A DNA stretch of 64,000 bases, taken from positions 256,001 to 320,000 of the forward strand of contig CAXXVL010000002.1 in the NCBI GenBank assembly GCA_963667845.2, written 5' to 3'. The notes below the pieces were generated by a model. The model was given only the letters and a program-made list of their open reading frames with translations. It ran no database searches and was not told the DNA's origin. Made by a program: the position numbers and the translations under genes. Shown piece after piece: positions 11,496 through 21,488 of the stretch; the stretch's first letter is position 1, and every line of letters begins with the position of its first letter. The DNA comes from Smithellaceae bacterium. Its GTDB lineage: Bacteria; Desulfobacterota; Syntrophia; Syntrophales; Smithellaceae.

Positions 11496-12443
11496 ATGAA
11501 AAAGTATTTCTGTATGTTGTTTGCTTTGCTTGTGGGTATTGTATTTTTCTCCCAGACGGTTTTCGCCGCCGAACCTGACGGAACAGAATTGAAGAGATTC
11601 AAGCCGTCTATCAGCATGGGCTATGCTTATTTCGGACAGACCGATCTGGTTTTGGAAACCAAGAACGTCCCGCTTCTCGGTGCATACAAATTGGATGTGG
11701 ATATTCCCGGCAAATCAGGCGCCTTCATCGCGGGCGATTTTTCCTTCTCCTTCACGGATCGCCTGAATTTAACGGTGGGCGGACGCATCGCCAACGCCTG
11801 GTCCAAACCCGACGTTCGTGAAGAATACAACTGGAATCCGGGCATCGGCAGAACCTGGGATTCCGACCGTCAATACTGGGCCTCGGCCGACGTCCTTCTG
11901 GCCTATGCTTTTGTCAAGAATGTCTCCTTTGTGAAAAACATTTCCGGTATAGTCGGCCTGCACGCAGACTATCTGCACGTCCGCATGAATAATCCGCGGC
12001 TGGCCAGCGGCGTGGCAACCGGTCCTTCCGACGAAATCAAATTCGATATGACCACCGTGTCGCCGGTTATCGGCGTTTCATCGACGTTGCAGGGCTTCCG
12101 GTCTGGCATTTTCGGCGGCGATATCAAAGTCGGATTATCGGCAAGTCCCGTCACGTCGGGCCGGATCAAGTATAAGGAAACGTTCAATTCTCTCACGCAA
12201 ATAGAAGCTGACGATAATTTCTACCGCGCTGCCGCCATCTCCGTACAGGCGGAGGTCACAGCCATCACCGCAAAAATCGGCCCCAAGGCTGATTTGCTGG
12301 TCTCGCTTTACGGCCAGTACACCCGGTCGTTCATCGACTCGGAAATTGAAGTGGAAGCGACGGGATCACCTAAAACCGATTTCCAATTCAGTATGCAGCC
12401 CAGCATGGCCATTGTGGGCGTGAAAGCGGCCATCGAGTTTTAA
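11496..12443 (+). CDS. Putative outer-membrane beta-barrel protein
   Basis: Signal peptide ending VFA, amphipathic beta strands, C-terminal Phe. Confidence 0.7.
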   Translation: MKKYFCMLFALLVGIVFFSQTVFAAEPDGTELKRFKPSISMGYAYFGQTDLVLETKNVPLLGAYKLDVDIPGKSGAFIAGDFSFSFTDRLNLTVGGRIANAWSKPDVREEYNWNPGIGRTWDSDRQYWASADVLLAYAFVKNVSFVKNISGIVGLHADYLHVRMNNPRLASGVATGPSDEIKFDMTTVSPVIGVSSTLQGFRSGIFGGDIKVGLSASPVTSGRIKYKETFNSLTQIEADDNFYRAAAISVQAEVTAITAKIGPKADLLVSLYGQYTRSFIDSEIEVEATGSPKTDFQFSMQPSMAIVGVKAAIEF

Positions 12444-12457
12444 CCTATCTGTCTGAC

Positions 12458-12490
12458 TAAGAGCCGGCCCGGCCGGTTGGCCGGCTCTTA
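12458..12490. terminator. GC-rich hairpin after the beta-barrel gene
   Basis: TAAGAGCCGGCC...GGCCGGCTCTTA 12-bp inverted repeat; U-tail weak. Confidence 0.55.
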
Positions 12491-12797
12491 TCATCTCTAT
12501 CTATAGCCGATCATCTTTGCCTTAAGAAAACGCACGCCGGCATTGACCGTGCAGTCCTCAGTTTACCGGCTTCGCGCCTCAGGGCTCTTCTCTGCTTTGC
12601 ACATTGGATACAAACCGGCATGGCTAATTATGCCTACCATCAGGCTACCATTTAACTGCCATTGTTATTCATTCCGGTCCGCCATATCTTTTCGGCATGA
12701 GAAAAAGCCTTTATAATCGGCATTTACTTCAACAATAAACCCGGGACCGCACCTTAGACGAGCGTCGGACCGGAAAAACACTCGAAAGGAGGAATAT

Positions 12798-13265
12798 ATG
12801 AAAGGCAATCAAGATGTAATTTCCAGATTGAATGCGCGACTCGCCGATGAACTTACGGCAACCAACCAGTACATGGTTCATGCCGAAATCTGCGAAAACT
12901 GGGGGTACGCAAAGCTCAATGAAATGATTCAAAAGCGCGCCATCACCGAAATGAAGCACGCGGAAAAATTAATCGCCCGCATCCTTTTCCTGGAAGGCAT
13001 GCCTATTGTCAGCAAGCTGAACAAGATCAACATCGGGGCTGATGTCGAAAAGCAGTTCAAGAACGACTGGGCCGCCGAGTATGATGCCATTAAATTTTAC
13101 AATGACGACATTAAGTTCTGCGGAGAAGTTGGCGACGTCGGCACACGGACGCTCCTGGAATCCATTCTGAAGGATGAAGAAGATCATATCGATGTCATCG
13201 AAGGTCAGATGGATCAAATCAAACAAATGGGTGTGCAAAATTATCTGGGCGTCTATGTGCATTAA
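12798..13265 (+). CDS. bfr: Bacterioferritin
   Basis: MKGN start, ELTATNQY, EMKHA (haem Met), RILFLEG, DEEDH. Confidence 0.95.
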   Translation: MKGNQDVISRLNARLADELTATNQYMVHAEICENWGYAKLNEMIQKRAITEMKHAEKLIARILFLEGMPIVSKLNKINIGADVEKQFKNDWAAEYDAIKFYNDDIKFCGEVGDVGTRTLLESILKDEEDHIDVIEGQMDQIKQMGVQNYLGVYVH

Positions 13266-13361
13266 GTTGGGCCGATACAGGCGCATCTTTGCCGGCGGGT
13301 CGAGCCTGACCGCCGCGCCTGCGTCCGGAACCATACGATCAAAAGATGTCGAGGTCTCTGT

Positions 13362-14162
13362 GTGAACATCATTGTCTGCATCAAGCAGGTGCCGGGAACC
13401 GCGGATGTCCGAATCAATCCCGCGGACAATACGCTTGTCCGCGAAGACGTTCCCAACATGATCAATCCGTTTGATCTATACGCCATTGAAGAAGGGCTGC
13501 GCCTCCGCGACCGTTTCGACGGCAGAGTGACCGTGATGACCATGGGACCGCCGCAGGCTGCCTCGGCCCTGAAAGAAGCGGTGGGACTGGGCGTAGACGA
13601 CATTGTCCTTTTATCCGACCGCGCGTTTGCGGGATCCGACACCTGGGCCACAGCGTATACCTTGAGTCTCGCCGTCAAGGCGCTCGGGCCCTTTGACATT
13701 CTCCTTTGCGGTAAACAGGCGATTGACGGCGATACGGGACAGGTCGGTCCCGGTCTGGCCCGGCAGCTGGGCATCACACAGCTTACCTACGTCTTTAAAA
13801 TCCGGGAAATCGATCCCGTCCAAAAGATCATCGTCGTCGAGCGGCTGCTTGAGGAGGGACGCGAAATCGTGGAGGCACCGCTGCCGGCGCTGCTCACCGT
13901 CGTCAAAGATATTAATCAGCCACGATCGGCCTCGCTCGCCCACATCCGCCGGGCGGCAAAACTGAAAGCGAAAATCCTCACCGTTAAAGACTTGCCCGGC
14001 GTTGACCGGAGCCGGCTGGGGCTTACGGGAAGCCCGACAAAGGTCGTCAAAATATTTACTCCTCCGAAGCGGGAAGGAATCCTGGTCATGATCCAGGCCG
14101 CAACCCCTGAGGAGGCTGCCGAACAGTTAGCGGATAAGATCCTGGCTGAAAAGATTCTTTAG
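13362..14162 (+). CDS. etfB: Electron transfer flavoprotein beta subunit
   Basis: IVCIKQVP, FAGSDTWAT, GKQAIDGDTGQVGP. Confidence 0.95.
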   Translation: MNIIVCIKQVPGTADVRINPADNTLVREDVPNMINPFDLYAIEEGLRLRDRFDGRVTVMTMGPPQAASALKEAVGLGVDDIVLLSDRAFAGSDTWATAYTLSLAVKALGPFDILLCGKQAIDGDTGQVGPGLARQLGITQLTYVFKIREIDPVQKIIVVERLLEEGREIVEAPLPALLTVVKDINQPRSASLAHIRRAAKLKAKILTVKDLPGVDRSRLGLTGSPTKVVKIFTPPKREGILVMIQAATPEEAAEQLADKILAEKIL

Positions 14163-14170
14163 GAGAGCCC

Positions 14171-15367
14171 ATGCCGCTTTTAGATGTCGACAAGAGTGTG
14201 TGTATCGGCTGCGAGCAGTGCGTCGACTCCTGCCCGTTCGGCGCCCTGTCGCTCGAAGGCGACACCATCGTCGTGAACGAAAAATGCACGGGCTGCGGCG
14301 CCTGCATCGAATCGTGCCCCGCGATGGCATTACGCCTGCCCAAAGCGCCCGCCGCCAAAGCGGAGGATCTCAGCCGGTTTCAAGGCGTCTGGGTCTGGGT
14401 CGAACAGTTCAATGGAAGGATGGGAGACATTTCCGTCGAAATGCTGGGCCAGGGACGGAGGTTGGCGGATGCGCGCAAAACAACGCTTTCCGCCTGCGTT
14501 CTGGGATACAACGTAGGAAAGCTTGCCGATGAGGCGGTCGCCCTCGGCGCGGATCGCGTCTTCCTTTGCGATGACCCCCTTCTGGCCGTTTACCGGACGG
14601 CTCCCTATGCCGCCACCCTGATTCAACTGGCGCGCCTGTATAACCCCGAAATATTTCTGCTGGGCGCGAGTTCCCGGGGCCGGGACCTAGCCGGGTCCGT
14701 GGCCACCGACCTTTATACGGGGCTCACGGCGGATTGCACCGGGCTCGACATCGATCCCGAAAAGGGACTGCTCATCCAGACACGCCCGGCCTTCGGCGGC
14801 AACATTATGGCCGAGATCATCTGCCCCAACCACCGGCCGCAAATGTCTACCGTGCGTCACCGGGTCTTTGAAAAACCGGCTGCCGATTCCGCGCGCCACG
14901 GTGATATCATCGAGGTCCCTCTTGTTCTTACAGAGGAACAGATCGTTACGCGCGTCACGGATTTTATCGAGGAGACAGACAAGGTCAACCTGGCGGATGC
15001 CCGGGTCATCGTTTCCGGCGGGCGGGGCGTCAACGGTCCGGAAGGATTTGAACCGCTTAGAAAGCTCGCCTACGTGCTGGGAGGGACGATCGGTTCCTCA
15101 CGCTCCGCCGTGGATGCAGGCTGGATTTCCTACGCCCATCAGGTCGGACAGACCGGCCGTACCGTCCGCCCCGATTTATATATCGCCTGCGGGATTTCCG
15201 GGGCCGTCCAGCATCAGGCGGGTATGAAGACGTCCCGGGTGATTGTCGCCATCAACAAGAATCCCGACGCCCCTATCTTCAGTGTCGCTCATTATGGCAT
15301 CGTGGGTGATCTGTTTCAAATCGTACCGGCGCTCACCGAACAGTTCAAAAAGAAGTTGGGCAGATAG
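14171..15367 (+). CDS. etfA: Electron transfer flavoprotein alpha subunit with N-terminal 2x[4Fe-4S] ferredoxin domain
   Basis: Two CxxCxxCxxxCP motifs, TGLTADCT, QVGQTG, GISGAVQH. Confidence 0.95.
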   Translation: MPLLDVDKSVCIGCEQCVDSCPFGALSLEGDTIVVNEKCTGCGACIESCPAMALRLPKAPAAKAEDLSRFQGVWVWVEQFNGRMGDISVEMLGQGRRLADARKTTLSACVLGYNVGKLADEAVALGADRVFLCDDPLLAVYRTAPYAATLIQLARLYNPEIFLLGASSRGRDLAGSVATDLYTGLTADCTGLDIDPEKGLLIQTRPAFGGNIMAEIICPNHRPQMSTVRHRVFEKPAADSARHGDIIEVPLVLTEEQIVTRVTDFIEETDKVNLADARVIVSGGRGVNGPEGFEPLRKLAYVLGGTIGSSRSAVDAGWISYAHQVGQTGRTVRPDLYIACGISGAVQHQAGMKTSRVIVAINKNPDAPIFSVAHYGIVGDLFQIVPALTEQFKKKLGR

Positions 15368-15442
15368 CAACCCTCGCACCACGTAACATCTGTGGTTTCC
15401 AATCACGTTGGAAAGATTTTACAAGGCAACCTCGCTCCGGCA

Positions 15443-15784
15443 TCAGGCGGCGACGGCGATGATCAGCAGCAAGAAGGAAATAACTGCCACTCCCCCGTGG
15501 ACCAGGATGATCGCGTTTGGCAGAGCCTTCTTTCTCAACTGAAAAGAAAACAGGGTGAAACCGCCGACCGCCACAATTAGAAACAGTATAAGGCAGACGT
15601 TCATAAGTGCGATGCCTGAATTCTGAACAACATTGGCAATCAGCGCAACCAGCCCGGCTGCTGCGAAGAGCCCATGGCCGATGATCACAAACCAGGGCAG
15701 GTCTTTCCCGCTGAATTTCAGCCAAACGAGCGTGACCCCTCCAATGGCTGCAATGGCAAATAATACAATCGGCAAATAAATCAT
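15443..15784 (-). CDS. Small four-TM membrane protein
   Basis: Four hydrophobic segments with repeated HG motif; GGAGG RBS. Confidence 0.75.
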   Translation of the reverse strand: MIYLPIVLFAIAAIGGVTLVWLKFSGKDLPWFVIIGHGLFAAAGLVALIANVVQNSGIALMNVCLILFLIVAVGGFTLFSFQLRKKALPNAIILVHGGVAVISFLLLIIAVAA

Positions 15785-16144
15785 AATGGCCTCCTTGAGG
15801 TGATTTGCGCCTTGGCGCAGTAATGATGACCCTTAAGGTATAATTGGAGACGAATCTCAATAAAACAATGATAGTCATTGGCCAGGATAATGGGGGGAAT
15901 TGTCTACCGTAAGGATATGAAGGCATTTAGCGCCCTCGATCGCTCCGAAAACGCGGCCCGAAGAAGCCGTTCGGGCGACCGCCGGCTGCCGTCAAAATAG
16001 ATCGATGCTGGGATTAATTTCTGCGAAAGGGAAACAGCGGAAAGGATCAGAGCTTGGATCGGGTTTCGAATGCCGGTTTCCGGCCTTTCAGGAGAATAAA
16101 AAGAAGCCCATCCGACGCGTCCTCCCCGAGTGATCGGCAAATAC

Positions 16145-16182
16145 AAAAACAAAACAGGCAGAGCGATCAGACTCTGCCTGTT
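16145..16182 (-). terminator. Intrinsic terminator of the CBS/ferritin-like operon
   Basis: AACAGGCAGAG...CTCTGCCTGTT stem with U-rich tail on the minus strand. Confidence 0.7.
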
Positions 16183-16236
16183 GGATTCATTTCCCGCAGT
16201 TCGGGTCCGGACATCAACCCCAACAACGGACCTCGT

Positions 16237-16692
16237 CTACCAGGCTTCCGGGAAGGCCACCGTGGTATAGATATCTTCCAGCCTGCTCTTGTGGCCCCGT
16301 TCCATCGCCGCAAGGTCGAGGAACACAGCCTTCTGCGCCTCATCCGCACTGGTCATCGCCAGCTGAGTATACATCTGCATCGCTTCAAGTTCTTTTTTGA
16401 TGGCAATGATCAGACCATCCACCGGCTTTAGCCTGGGCGAAAGCTTGGGCGTAGGCAGCGCATCGACAACCTTATAATCCGCTGCCTCGGAAAAATGCAT
16501 TTTCCCCGGGGCTTTCGCCAGATACTTCTCCAGGGTGCGCTTGTGTTTGTCTTCTTCCTTGGCCAGATCTTTGAACAGCTTTTTCAGACCGGCATCCTTC
16601 GCTTTTTCCGAGACCTTGCTGTAATAGGTATAAGCTTCGATTTCCTGGCCGATGGCTCTCTTAATAATCTTCTTGAATTCTTCCTCGTTCAT
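16237..16692 (-). CDS. Ferritin-like/rubrerythrin family diiron protein
   Basis: EIEAYTYY...EEDKH and ELEAMQMY...ERGH. Confidence 0.85.
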   Translation of the reverse strand: MNEEEFKKIIKRAIGQEIEAYTYYSKVSEKAKDAGLKKLFKDLAKEEDKHKRTLEKYLAKAPGKMHFSEAADYKVVDALPTPKLSPRLKPVDGLIIAIKKELEAMQMYTQLAMTSADEAQKAVFLDLAAMERGHKSRLEDIYTTVAFPEAW

Positions 16693-16769
16693 CGTTCTCC
16701 TTCTTCCCGGCATTACGCCCTGTTTGAACTGCATATTCTCTTCACGCTCCGCATGGCCCCGCGCGGAGT

Positions 16770-17207
16770 CTAGTAGTATTTCCCCGTAATATAGTCGCTC
16801 AGCTGGCCAATGAGGAAATCCTTATTGGAAATGATCGACTTAACAACATCGCCGATGGAAATGATGCCGACAAATTTGGTCTTTTCAAAAACAGGCAAAT
16901 GACGCACGTGCTTTCCCGTCATCAACACCATCGCCTCTTCCACGCTGGTATCAGGGGTCACGGAAACCAGATTCGTCGTCATGACTTCTTTCACCAACGT
17001 TTGTTTCGAGGTTTTCCCCAGGAGGATAATTTTCCGGGCATAGTCTCTTTCCGAAATGATACCGACAACCTTTTTCTTCTCCATGACCACCAGAGCGCCG
17101 ATTTCCTTCTCGCTCATCTTCTCCAGCGCTTCATACACCGTCGCCTTAGGGGAGATGGACTCAATTTTTCCACTTTTCGTATTGAGAATATCCCTGACTT
17201 TGCTCAT
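16770..17207 (-). CDS. CBS domain pair protein
   Basis: GIISERDYARK, RHLPV, GIISIGDVVK. Confidence 0.9.
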   Translation of the reverse strand: MSKVRDILNTKSGKIESISPKATVYEALEKMSEKEIGALVVMEKKKVVGIISERDYARKIILLGKTSKQTLVKEVMTTNLVSVTPDTSVEEAMVLMTGKHVRHLPVFEKTKFVGIISIGDVVKSIISNKDFLIGQLSDYITGKYY

Positions 17208-17357
17208 AATCGTTCCCTCCTCAGATTTATTTATCATTCTTTATTAATTTAATGCATGTTCTCGTAAAAATAAAGATCAAATTGCACTCGGCTGCTTTTT
17301 TTGATTGGCGCCCGGGACAGATTGGGGGCCAAACAGCTGCCCGCTTTTATCCAACCG

Positions 17358-18029
17358 TCAAGTCCAGAACCAGAGCGACCGTGCGGCAAAATCCCGATAA
17401 GCGGGATAAACGCTCGCCAGTTTATTTTCTTCCATCTTGGATCTGTATAATTGAATCGCCGCAAACAGCAATAATAGAGCTATATTAAGAATTGAAAACC
17501 GTAAGACGGCTACGGCGCAGGTCGTGAGTATTTCCCCCAGATATACGGGGTGCCTGATCAGCCTGTAGGGACCGCCGACGACCAGTTCGCGCGCCTCGAC
17601 GGTAATGCTGAAGGATCGCCTGATCGTCCATAATCCCCAGATCGTTAAACAGGTCGCTGCGGTCATCCAGACAAAAATAATATTCACGAACGTCATGGAA
17701 CTCGTAACCGCGGGATGCGGCTCCGACCAAAGCAGAGCAAAGGGCAGCAAACCTCCGACGAGCGGGATAACAAGTTCCCTGACGCCCTTCGACCGGCTCA
17801 CCGGATCTTTGCGGACAGCGTAACTGATGAGGAAAATCACGAAAATAAGGGTTTCGGCGGCCCAGAGCGGCTTAAACCAATAGCGTTGATAAGACACAAT
17901 CCGCTGAATCAAAAAGATAAGCAAAACGAGCGCGATTGCGCCCCGGATCATAAGATGCAGCGCACGGGGTGAAAAATAGCGTGTGAGCCAATCGAAGGGA
18001 TCAAAATTGTCTATCCACTTTTGAGTCAT
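17358..18029 (-). CDS. Isoprenylcysteine carboxyl methyltransferase (ICMT/PEMT) family membrane protein
   Basis: LVVGGPYRLIRHPVYLG, EENKL, multiple TM segments. Confidence 0.85.
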   Translation of the reverse strand: MTQKWIDNFDPFDWLTRYFSPRALHLMIRGAIALVLLIFLIQRIVSYQRYWFKPLWAAETLIFVIFLISYAVRKDPVSRSKGVRELVIPLVGGLLPFALLWSEPHPAVTSSMTFVNIIFVWMTAATCLTIWGLWTIRRSFSITVEARELVVGGPYRLIRHPVYLGEILTTCAVAVLRFSILNIALLLLFAAIQLYRSKMEENKLASVYPAYRDFAARSLWFWT

Positions 18030-18100
18030 GATTTCGTCCTTGACAAGGCTTTCTTTGCTATGCTAGGCAAAAGCCAAATGATCGAGGTTGATTGTATTAG

Positions 18101-18160
18101 ATGATGATAAAGTTTTCCAATAAAAACTGGTGGTGGCAGACGAAATCTGTCTGCCCATAA
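18101..18160 (+). CDS. trpL: Tryptophan attenuator leader peptide, 19 aa
   Basis: MMIKFSNKNWWWQTKSVCP*: three tandem TGG codons upstream of a terminator and trpB2. Confidence 0.85.
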   Translation: MMIKFSNKNWWWQTKSVCP

Positions 18161-18223
18161 GCTCCTTTAAATCATGAGCATGGGCAGGGAAGCTCCTTCC
18201 CATGACTCGCAACGTATCGAAAT

Positions 18224-18257
18224 GCCGTGGGAAGAAAAAATCCATGGCTTTTTTTTT
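18224..18257 (+). terminator. Attenuator terminator hairpin
   Basis: GCCGTGGG...TCCATGGC followed by T9; 5' arm can alternatively pair with TTCCCATGAC at 18197-18206. Confidence 0.85.
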
Positions 18258-18333
18258 AGCAGCGACCGCCCCGACACCAGTCATTGGAAAGACAAGAGCA
18301 ACATCCAAATTTCTTATTTAAAGGAGAGCGTAT

Positions 18334-19695
18334 ATGGAACAGGTCAAAACATTTTTAAGTGATCACGAAATACCCAGACAGTGGTACAACATCATGGCGG
18401 ATTTACCCACCCCGATGAGACCGCCGCTGCATCCCGGCACGGGTCAGCCGGTTACGGCCCAGGATCTTGCCGCCATTTTCCCCATGAATATTATCGAGCA
18501 GGAAGTCTCCACCCAGCGATGGATCGATATCCCCGATGAAGTATTGCAGAAATATCTTCTGTGGCGCCCCTCTCCGCTGTATCGCGCGCGCAATTTCGAA
18601 AAGCTGCTCGGCTGCCCGGTCCAGATTTATTATAAAAACGAAGGCGTAAGCCCCGCCGGATCGCATAAACCCAATGCCGCCATTCCGATGGCCTACTACA
18701 ACAAGGTGGCCGGAACCAAGCGCATCACGACGGAAACGGGCGCAGGCCAGTGGGGTTCGGCTCTGTCTATGGCCTGCCAGATGTTCGGTCTGATCTGCCG
18801 CGTCTATATGGTCAAGGTCAGCTATGAGCAGAAGCCCTACCGCCGTATGATGATGAATACCTGGGGCGCGGAATGCATTCCGAGCCCGAGTAATCTGACC
18901 CAGGCCGGCCGCAACGTTTTGGCCGAGCATCCCGATTCCCCCGGTTCCCTGGGGATCGCCATCAGCGAAGCCATCGAAGACTGCGTTACCAGCAAGGATA
19001 CAAAATATTCGTTGGGCAGCGTTCTGAATCACGTGCTGCTGTATCAGTCGATCATCGGATTGGAAGCGCAAAAGCAGATGGAGAAACTCGGCCTTTATCC
19101 CGATGTCGTCATGGGCTGCTGCGGTGGCGGCAGTAACTTTGCCGGGATCGCTTCGCCGTTCGTCTGCGATAAAATCCACGGCAAAAAGGTCAAGATCGTC
19201 GGCGCGGAGCCCTCGTCCTGCCCCACTATGACCAAAGGCCCCTTCGCCTACGACTTCGGCGATCTGGCAAAGACCACGCCGCTGCTTCCGATGTACACCC
19301 TGGGTCATGATTATGTTCCCGCGCCGATTCACGCCGGCGGCCTGCGCTATCACGGCATGGCGCCGATCGTCAGCCATCTGGTCCACGAAAAAATCGTTGA
19401 ACCCCGGGCCTACGACCAGTTAAAGACCTTTGATGCCGGCGTCAAATGGGCGCGGACGGAGGGCTTTATCCCCGCACCGGAAACCAACCACGTTCTCGCG
19501 GCGGTCGTCGATGAGGCCACGCGCGCCAAAGAGGAAGGCAAGGAAAAGATCATCCTCTTTAACTGGAGCGGACACGGTCTGGTGGATCTCGCCGCCTACG
19601 ACGCCTATCTGACCGGCAAGTTACAGGCCTACGAATTGCCCGATCATGAAATTGACCGTGCGTTAAACGCCATTAAGGATTTCCCAAAACCTTAG
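18334..19695 (+). CDS. trpB2: Tryptophan synthase beta chain 2 (TrpB2)
   Basis: GSHKPN (PLP Lys), TTETGAGQWGS, LGSVLNHV, IHAGGLRYHG. Confidence 0.95.
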   Translation: MEQVKTFLSDHEIPRQWYNIMADLPTPMRPPLHPGTGQPVTAQDLAAIFPMNIIEQEVSTQRWIDIPDEVLQKYLLWRPSPLYRARNFEKLLGCPVQIYYKNEGVSPAGSHKPNAAIPMAYYNKVAGTKRITTETGAGQWGSALSMACQMFGLICRVYMVKVSYEQKPYRRMMMNTWGAECIPSPSNLTQAGRNVLAEHPDSPGSLGIAISEAIEDCVTSKDTKYSLGSVLNHVLLYQSIIGLEAQKQMEKLGLYPDVVMGCCGGGSNFAGIASPFVCDKIHGKKVKIVGAEPSSCPTMTKGPFAYDFGDLAKTTPLLPMYTLGHDYVPAPIHAGGLRYHGMAPIVSHLVHEKIVEPRAYDQLKTFDAGVKWARTEGFIPAPETNHVLAAVVDEATRAKEEGKEKIILFNWSGHGLVDLAAYDAYLTGKLQAYELPDHEIDRALNAIKDFPKP

Positions 19696-19777
19696 TGCAA
19701 AATGTACTGACCCGCTGCGCGGGATAATTCGGACCTGGGAGCGAAAGTGCACTGCATTTCCGAAGCTCTGGTCTCAT

Positions 19778-19822
19778 TGAAAAGCCGTCTTGAATAAATT
19801 TCTTGACGGCTTTTCATTTTTT
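19778..19822 (+). terminator. Intrinsic terminator after trpB2
   Basis: TGAAAAGCCGTC...GACGGCTTTTCA plus T6. Confidence 0.7.
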
Positions 19823-19840
19823 CGCCAAGCTGATCCGCAA

Positions 19841-20098
19841 ATGAAGACACCACACGATCATAAGCTTGCCCGCTGCCCGAAACTGGGTGATGAAATGACG
19901 TTTGCCTATTGCCGTGAGGAAGCGGGTCATCTTCCCTGTGCGCGCATCATAGACTGCTGGCAGGGGGCCTTTGATGTTGCGGCACTGCTCAAAGAAAATT
20001 TATCGCCGGACCAATGGGAGCGGTTCTCCTATACGGCACCTAAGGACAAGGTCATAAGTTTGATCGAAATGATTGAGAAAGCGAAGAGACAACTATGA
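19841..20098 (+). CDS. Small Cys-rich hypothetical protein
   Basis: RCPKLG...YCR...PCARIIDCW; stop overlaps rarA start (ATGA). Confidence 0.7.
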   Translation: MKTPHDHKLARCPKLGDEMTFAYCREEAGHLPCARIIDCWQGAFDVAALLKENLSPDQWERFSYTAPKDKVISLIEMIEKAKRQL

Positions 20099-21456
20099 AG
20101 AATCTGGATTTATTCAGTCTGGGGACCGAAAGTGACGCCTTGGACACTGCACCGCTTGCCGAACGGATGAGACCCCAGAAACTGGCCGACTACATCGGTC
20201 AGCCGCATCTCATAGGCGATGGGACATTGCTTCGCCGTGCCATTGCCGAAGATAAGCTTTTCTCGATGATTTTCTGGGGGCCGCCCGGCTCAGGCAAGAC
20301 AACTCTGGCGCGCATTTTGGCCAATGAGACGAAATCCAATTTCGTCAGTTTTTCGGCAGTCCTCTCCGGTGTCAAGGAAATCCGCTCCGTCATTGATGAA
20401 GCGAAAGAAACCTGGGAAGGAAAAAAACAGAAGACCATCCTCTTTGTCGATGAAATCCACCGCTTCAACAAAGCCCAGCAGGATGCCTTTCTGCCGCACG
20501 TGGAAAGCGGACTCATTACCCTGATCGGTGCAACGACGGAGAATCCGTCTTTTGAGGTGATTGCACCGCTGCTTTCGCGGACGCGCGTCCTCCTACTCAA
20601 ACAGTTTACAGAAGAAGATCTCCTGGCGATCCTGAAGCGCGCGCTTGCCGATGAACACAGGGGTCTGGGAAAAACGGCCGTCAAAGCGGATGACGAAGCG
20701 ATTCGTTTCATCGTTCGGCTCTCCGACGGCGATGCCCGCACGGCGCTCAACAACCTTGAAGCCATCGCCTCCATGATCCGGAGTTTGCCGGAGGAAGAAA
20801 GAATCATTTCGGCTAAGTCCGCCGAAGAAGCCCTGATGAAGAAAGCTCTGCTCTACGATAAAGACGGCGAAGAGCATTACAACCTGATCTCGGCATTTCA
20901 CAAAAGTATGCGCGGCAGCGACCCCGATGCGACACTTTACTGGCTCGGGAGGATGCTTATCGCCGGCGAAGACCCTCTTTACATCCTCAGGCGCATGGTG
21001 CGTTTTGCGTCCGAAGATATCGGTAATGCCGATCCCCACGCCCTGTTACTCACCATGGCCGCCCAGCAGGCATTTCATTTTATCGGCCTGCCGGAAGGTG
21101 AGCTGGCGCTCGCCCAGGCAGCTGTCTATCTGGCGACGGCCCCTAAGAGCAACGCGCTCTATACGGGTTACGGCCAGGTAAAGGAATTAATTAACAAAAC
21201 AGGATATTTGCCTGTACCGCTGCACATCCGCAACGCGCCGACCAAACTCATGAAGGCATTGGATTACGGTAAAGACTACAAATATGCGCACGATTATCCG
21301 GAGGCTTACATTCCCCAGGAGTATCTGCCGGAAAAGATTACAGGGAAGGTGCTGTATCAACCGACGGATGCCGGATTTGAAAAGACCATCCGGGAAAGGC
21401 TTAATGCCTGGCGACGTCTGAAGAAAGATGCGAAAGAAAAAGTACCCAAAAAATGA
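20095..21456 (+). CDS. rarA: Replication-associated recombination protein A (MgsA/RarA)
   Basis: PLAERMRP, GPPGSGKTT, DEIHRFNKAQQD, KSMRGSDPDA, VPLHIRNAPT. Confidence 0.96.
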   Translation: MKNLDLFSLGTESDALDTAPLAERMRPQKLADYIGQPHLIGDGTLLRRAIAEDKLFSMIFWGPPGSGKTTLARILANETKSNFVSFSAVLSGVKEIRSVIDEAKETWEGKKQKTILFVDEIHRFNKAQQDAFLPHVESGLITLIGATTENPSFEVIAPLLSRTRVLLLKQFTEEDLLAILKRALADEHRGLGKTAVKADDEAIRFIVRLSDGDARTALNNLEAIASMIRSLPEEERIISAKSAEEALMKKALLYDKDGEEHYNLISAFHKSMRGSDPDATLYWLGRMLIAGEDPLYILRRMVRFASEDIGNADPHALLLTMAAQQAFHFIGLPEGELALAQAAVYLATAPKSNALYTGYGQVKELINKTGYLPVPLHIRNAPTKLMKALDYGKDYKYAHDYPEAYIPQEYLPEKITGKVLYQPTDAGFEKTIRERLNAWRRLKKDAKEKVPKK

Positions 21457-21457
21457 C

Positions 21458-21488
21458 AAAAAAATGGGAGGCTTGGTTAGGGCCTCCC
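21458..21488 (-). terminator. Intrinsic terminator on the minus strand
   Basis: GGGAGGC-9nt-GCCTCCC-A-T7 on minus; no U-tail on plus. Confidence 0.8.
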
